DNA of 64,000 nucleotides from contig OZ255726.1 in assembly GCA_965277405.1 (NCBI GenBank), forward strand, positions 1,792,001 through 1,856,000, in the 5' to 3' direction. The notes under the pieces were generated by a model. That model did not search any database, was not told where the DNA came from, and saw only the letters and a list, made by a program, of their open reading frames with translations. The DNA is from Gammaproteobacteria bacterium (GTDB taxonomy: Bacteria; Pseudomonadota; Gammaproteobacteria; G965277405). Positions 61,390 through 64,000 of the stretch are shown piece after piece. How positions within the stretch are numbered: the first letter of the stretch is position 1; each line of letters opens with the position of its first letter. The translations under genes were made by a program, and so were the position numbers.

Positions 61390-61537
61390 GTGCTAAAGCT
61401 CCCTGTCTCTTAGTTATATTAGATTAACTACTTTAAGTAAACGCGATTATCATACACAGTCGAATTCAAATTATTTTCAACTTTCTGCATTATAGTTGAA
61501 GTGCAGAATGTTACAAATCAAAATCTTGGCATAACTT

Positions 61538-61574
61538 TTGACAGAATCGCACTTTCGCACTTTCGCACTATAAT
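61538..61574 (+). promoter_or_regulatory. consensus -35/-10 hexamers with a 25-nt spacer containing an 8-bp tandem repeat
   Basis: TTGACA-GAATCGCAC-TTTCGCAC-TTTCGCAC-TATAAT. Confidence 0.75.
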
Positions 61575-61615
61575 ACTGACATTACTTTCTAACCATACAA
61601 GCTATGAGGTTACAA

Positions 61616-61888
61616 ATGCCACTGGCAAAACTAAATGAGAAAAGGCAAATAACCGTCCCTATTGAGATATGTAATCAAATACACGCAGACAAAGGCGATA
61701 TTTTTAATTTTGAGGTTGAAGGCGATAAGATCATTATGACGCTGCAAAAATTAGTCCCAGCTACAAAAGAAAATTCTCGCACTAAAGGCGTTGATATATA
61801 TAAATATATAGGTTCAATGAAAGGTACGTTTGGGTCTGTTGAAGAGATAGACGAATATATTCGTAACGAACGCGCTTCATGGGATTAA
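61616..61888 (+). CDS. AbrB/MazE-type antitoxin (VapB)
   Basis: AKLNEKRQITVPIEI....GD.F.FEVEGDKII; EYIRNERASWD; overlaps vapC. Confidence 0.88.
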   Translation: MPLAKLNEKRQITVPIEICNQIHADKGDIFNFEVEGDKIIMTLQKLVPATKENSRTKGVDIYKYIGSMKGTFGSVEEIDEYIRNERASWD

Positions 61889-62328
61889 TTGAAATATTAA
61901 AAGAAAATGATGTTTATTTTGACGCTATTATATTCATCTATTTATTAGATGGCAATGAAGCATACTCTACAGCCCTTGATGATATAAGGAAGCATATAGC
62001 TACTGATCAAGTTAGGGTTTTTAGTTGTAATTTAATCTATACGGAAATACTGCCTTATCATGCAAAGCAAAATAACCAAGGTGCTATTGAACATATAATT
62101 CGCTTTCTGGATAATTTTGATATTGTTAGAATATCTAAAGACATAACAATTCACGCAGGAATTTTACGTGGAGAAACTGGAATGAAAACCCCTGATGCTC
62201 TCCATGTTGCTACAGCTATAAATCAAAGTATAAATCAAAGATGCAGTCTGTTTTTAACAAATAATGCTGGTATTCGTGTACCTAAAAATATGCAACGCAT
62301 TCTATTATCTGATTTTTGCGCTGAATAA
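61879..62328 (+). CDS. PIN-domain VapC toxin, possibly degenerate
   Basis: VYFDA.IFIY, TEIL, KTPDALHVATA, FLTNN (usually TND). Confidence 0.85.
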   Translation: MGLIEILKENDVYFDAIIFIYLLDGNEAYSTALDDIRKHIATDQVRVFSCNLIYTEILPYHAKQNNQGAIEHIIRFLDNFDIVRISKDITIHAGILRGETGMKTPDALHVATAINQSINQRCSLFLTNNAGIRVPKNMQRILLSDFCAE

Positions 62329-62369
62329 TTGGATAACAATAAAATCATAAAAAAAGACCGAGCATAGGT

Positions 62370-62528
62370 GCATATTTTGACGATGAAGAAAAAGAGATTA
62401 TTGAAGCTATTGAGCGAGATACATACTCTTTTGGCAAAAGTAACTTTAACCCTGAAAGGTTAGAGTTTTTAAGAAAGGTCGCAACAAACACTTTGAAAGA
62501 AAATGGTTTTATTGCTAATAACGCCTAG
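62370..62528 (+). pseudogene. fragment resembling the N-terminus of a CopG/BrnA-like antitoxin
   Basis: AYFDDEEKEIIEAIERD...FLRKVATNTLK; no in-frame start; resemblance judged from memory only. Confidence 0.4.
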
Positions 62529-62836
62529 TTTGACAAAGCGCGTGATTATGGTCAAAAAAAATATATGTCTGACCATGATTAGCAATGACTATTTGCACTA
62601 CGCTGTAAATGCAGAATGTGTAATTGTAAGAACGTGTCAATACGATGGTACGATACACTTAAAAATAATCTGAAAGAGCTTGGAGACGATCAAAGAATTC
62701 ATTTTTGTCTGAGATCGTTTTTTCATTGTTGCTAGCTACTCCACGCGCTTCATCGTCCGCAGTAAAATTATCAATTAACACAACATCATTAGATGTTTGA
62801 CCATCAATCAACATCAAAAAACTGTCTCCAATTTCC

Positions 62837-63042
62837 TTAGCAACGCTACGCTTAATTTATTGGCTAGATAGGGGTTCGAAAATAGCCAAGCTGTAGGCAA
62901 TGAATGGAAAATTGCAAGTTATACAGAAGAAAAGTGACGACGACACGGAGATAAACAATGGAAAATATTGACGCATTGATGTTATCGTGAGCACAATTTG
63001 GTGGAAATATTACCTTAATCAAAGGTTCATTAAGCATTCATT
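62837..63042 (-). repeat. right arm of the 206-bp inverted repeat
   Basis: Reverse complement of 59024-59229. Confidence 0.92.
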
Positions 63043-63106
63043 AGCTATTGACAAACACGCGGCGGCACAAATTGATTGTATACCACTTGTTTTCGACAGA
63101 TTTTTT

Positions 63107-63556
63107 ATGAGTAAGTATAAAAAAACAGCTGCGACCATCAAACAATTAACCCAGCAGCAATATGCAGTAACCCAGCAAAATGCGACCGAGCAGGCGTTTA
63201 CAGGGGATTATCTTGATAATAAAAAAGCAGGAATATACGTTGATATTGTCAGCGGCGAACCATTATTTGCATCAATTCACAAGTACGATTCAGGGTCTGG
63301 TTGGCCAAGTTTTACTAGGGCAATTGCCGCAGCAAATGTTGTCGAAACAACAGATGCCAGTCTGGGGAAAGTTCGCACAGAAGTTCGTTCAAAACATGGA
63401 GACAGCCACTTAGGTCATGTCTTCGCTGATGGCCCAGCGCGTGATACTGGTTTGCGGTATTGCATTAACTCTGCATCGTTACGCTTTATTGAAAAAGATC
63501 AGCTGGTAGCAGCAGGGTATGCAGATTTTCTGGTTCTTTTCCCAGATAACCAGTAA
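63107..63556 (+). CDS. msrB: peptide-methionine (R)-S-oxide reductase
   Basis: [42 protein letters not shown]. Confidence 0.95.
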   Translation: MSKYKKTAATIKQLTQQQYAVTQQNATEQAFTGDYLDNKKAGIYVDIVSGEPLFASIHKYDSGSGWPSFTRAIAAANVVETTDASLGKVRTEVRSKHGDSHLGHVFADGPARDTGLRYCINSASLRFIEKDQLVAAGYADFLVLFPDNQ

Positions 63557-64000
63557 TGGCTAGGCAACAGGCAATACTTGCAGGCGGCTGTTTTTGGGGA
63601 ATGCAGGAATTATTCCGTATACACGACGGTGTTGAGATCAGCCGTGTTGGCTATACTGGTGGTGATTGGGTCTCACCAACCTATGCAGATGTCAAGCAAG
63701 GTCGTACTGGGCATGCCGAAGCCCTCCAATTGTATTTTGACGATTCTATAATTCAGTACCGCAGTATTTTAGAGCTGTTTTTCCAAATTCACGACCCTAC
63801 AACTATTGACAGCCAAGGCAACGACCGTGGCAGCCAATATCGTTCGGCAATTTTTTATACCAATGATGCCCAGCATGCGACAGCAATACAAACTATTGCT
63901 GATATAGAAACATCAAAATTATGGCCGGGTAAAATTGCTACTCAAGTGCTTGCTGCTGGCGAGTTTTGGCCTGCTGAGCAAGAGCATCAGCATTACTTGC
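63556..64000 (+). CDS. msrA: peptide-methionine (S)-S-oxide reductase (runs off window)
   Basis: Manual translation: [17 protein letters not shown]...GYTGG...TGHAE...FFQIHDPT..QGND.GSQYRSAIF. Confidence 0.93.
   Translation, partial: MARQQAILAGGCFWGMQELFRIHDGVEISRVGYTGGDWVSPTYADVKQGRTGHAEALQLYFDDSIIQYRSILELFFQIHDPTTIDSQGNDRGSQYRSAIFYTNDAQHATAIQTIADIETSKLWPGKIATQVLAAGEFWPAEQEHQHYL

Overview
Chromosomal segment of a probable Gammaproteobacterium (inferred from ilvIHC, gltB, surA-rsmA-apaH, exeAB and puuA/puuB-type genes). It carries housekeeping and transport genes: ubiA, glyA, rhodanese-YeeE, a polar amino acid ABC transporter, tdk, an S8 protease, a Gld-like ABC exporter, map, System II cytochrome c biogenesis, hmuTUV, pepN and msrB/A. 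The main non-coding feature is a family of ~220-290 bp MITE-like elements. They share the terminal inverted repeat GGAAG/CCTCTGATTAA and CTAA target duplications with a dead IS5 at 40301-41493. Five near-complete copies plus about ten fragments are visible. One interrupts a RelE-like toxin, one supplies the C-terminus of NfeD, and several sit where conserved operon genes are missing. A ~4 kb AT-rich island (59024-63042) is bounded by 206-bp inverted IS5-like ends. It holds toxin-antitoxin modules in various states of decay, an 8-bp-periodic centromere-like array, and a consensus promoter detuned by an 8-bp repeat expansion. A fused R-M gene with a frameshifted specificity subunit is also present. 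No rRNA, tRNA or CRISPR array was seen. All calls come from reading motifs by eye; no database searches were run.
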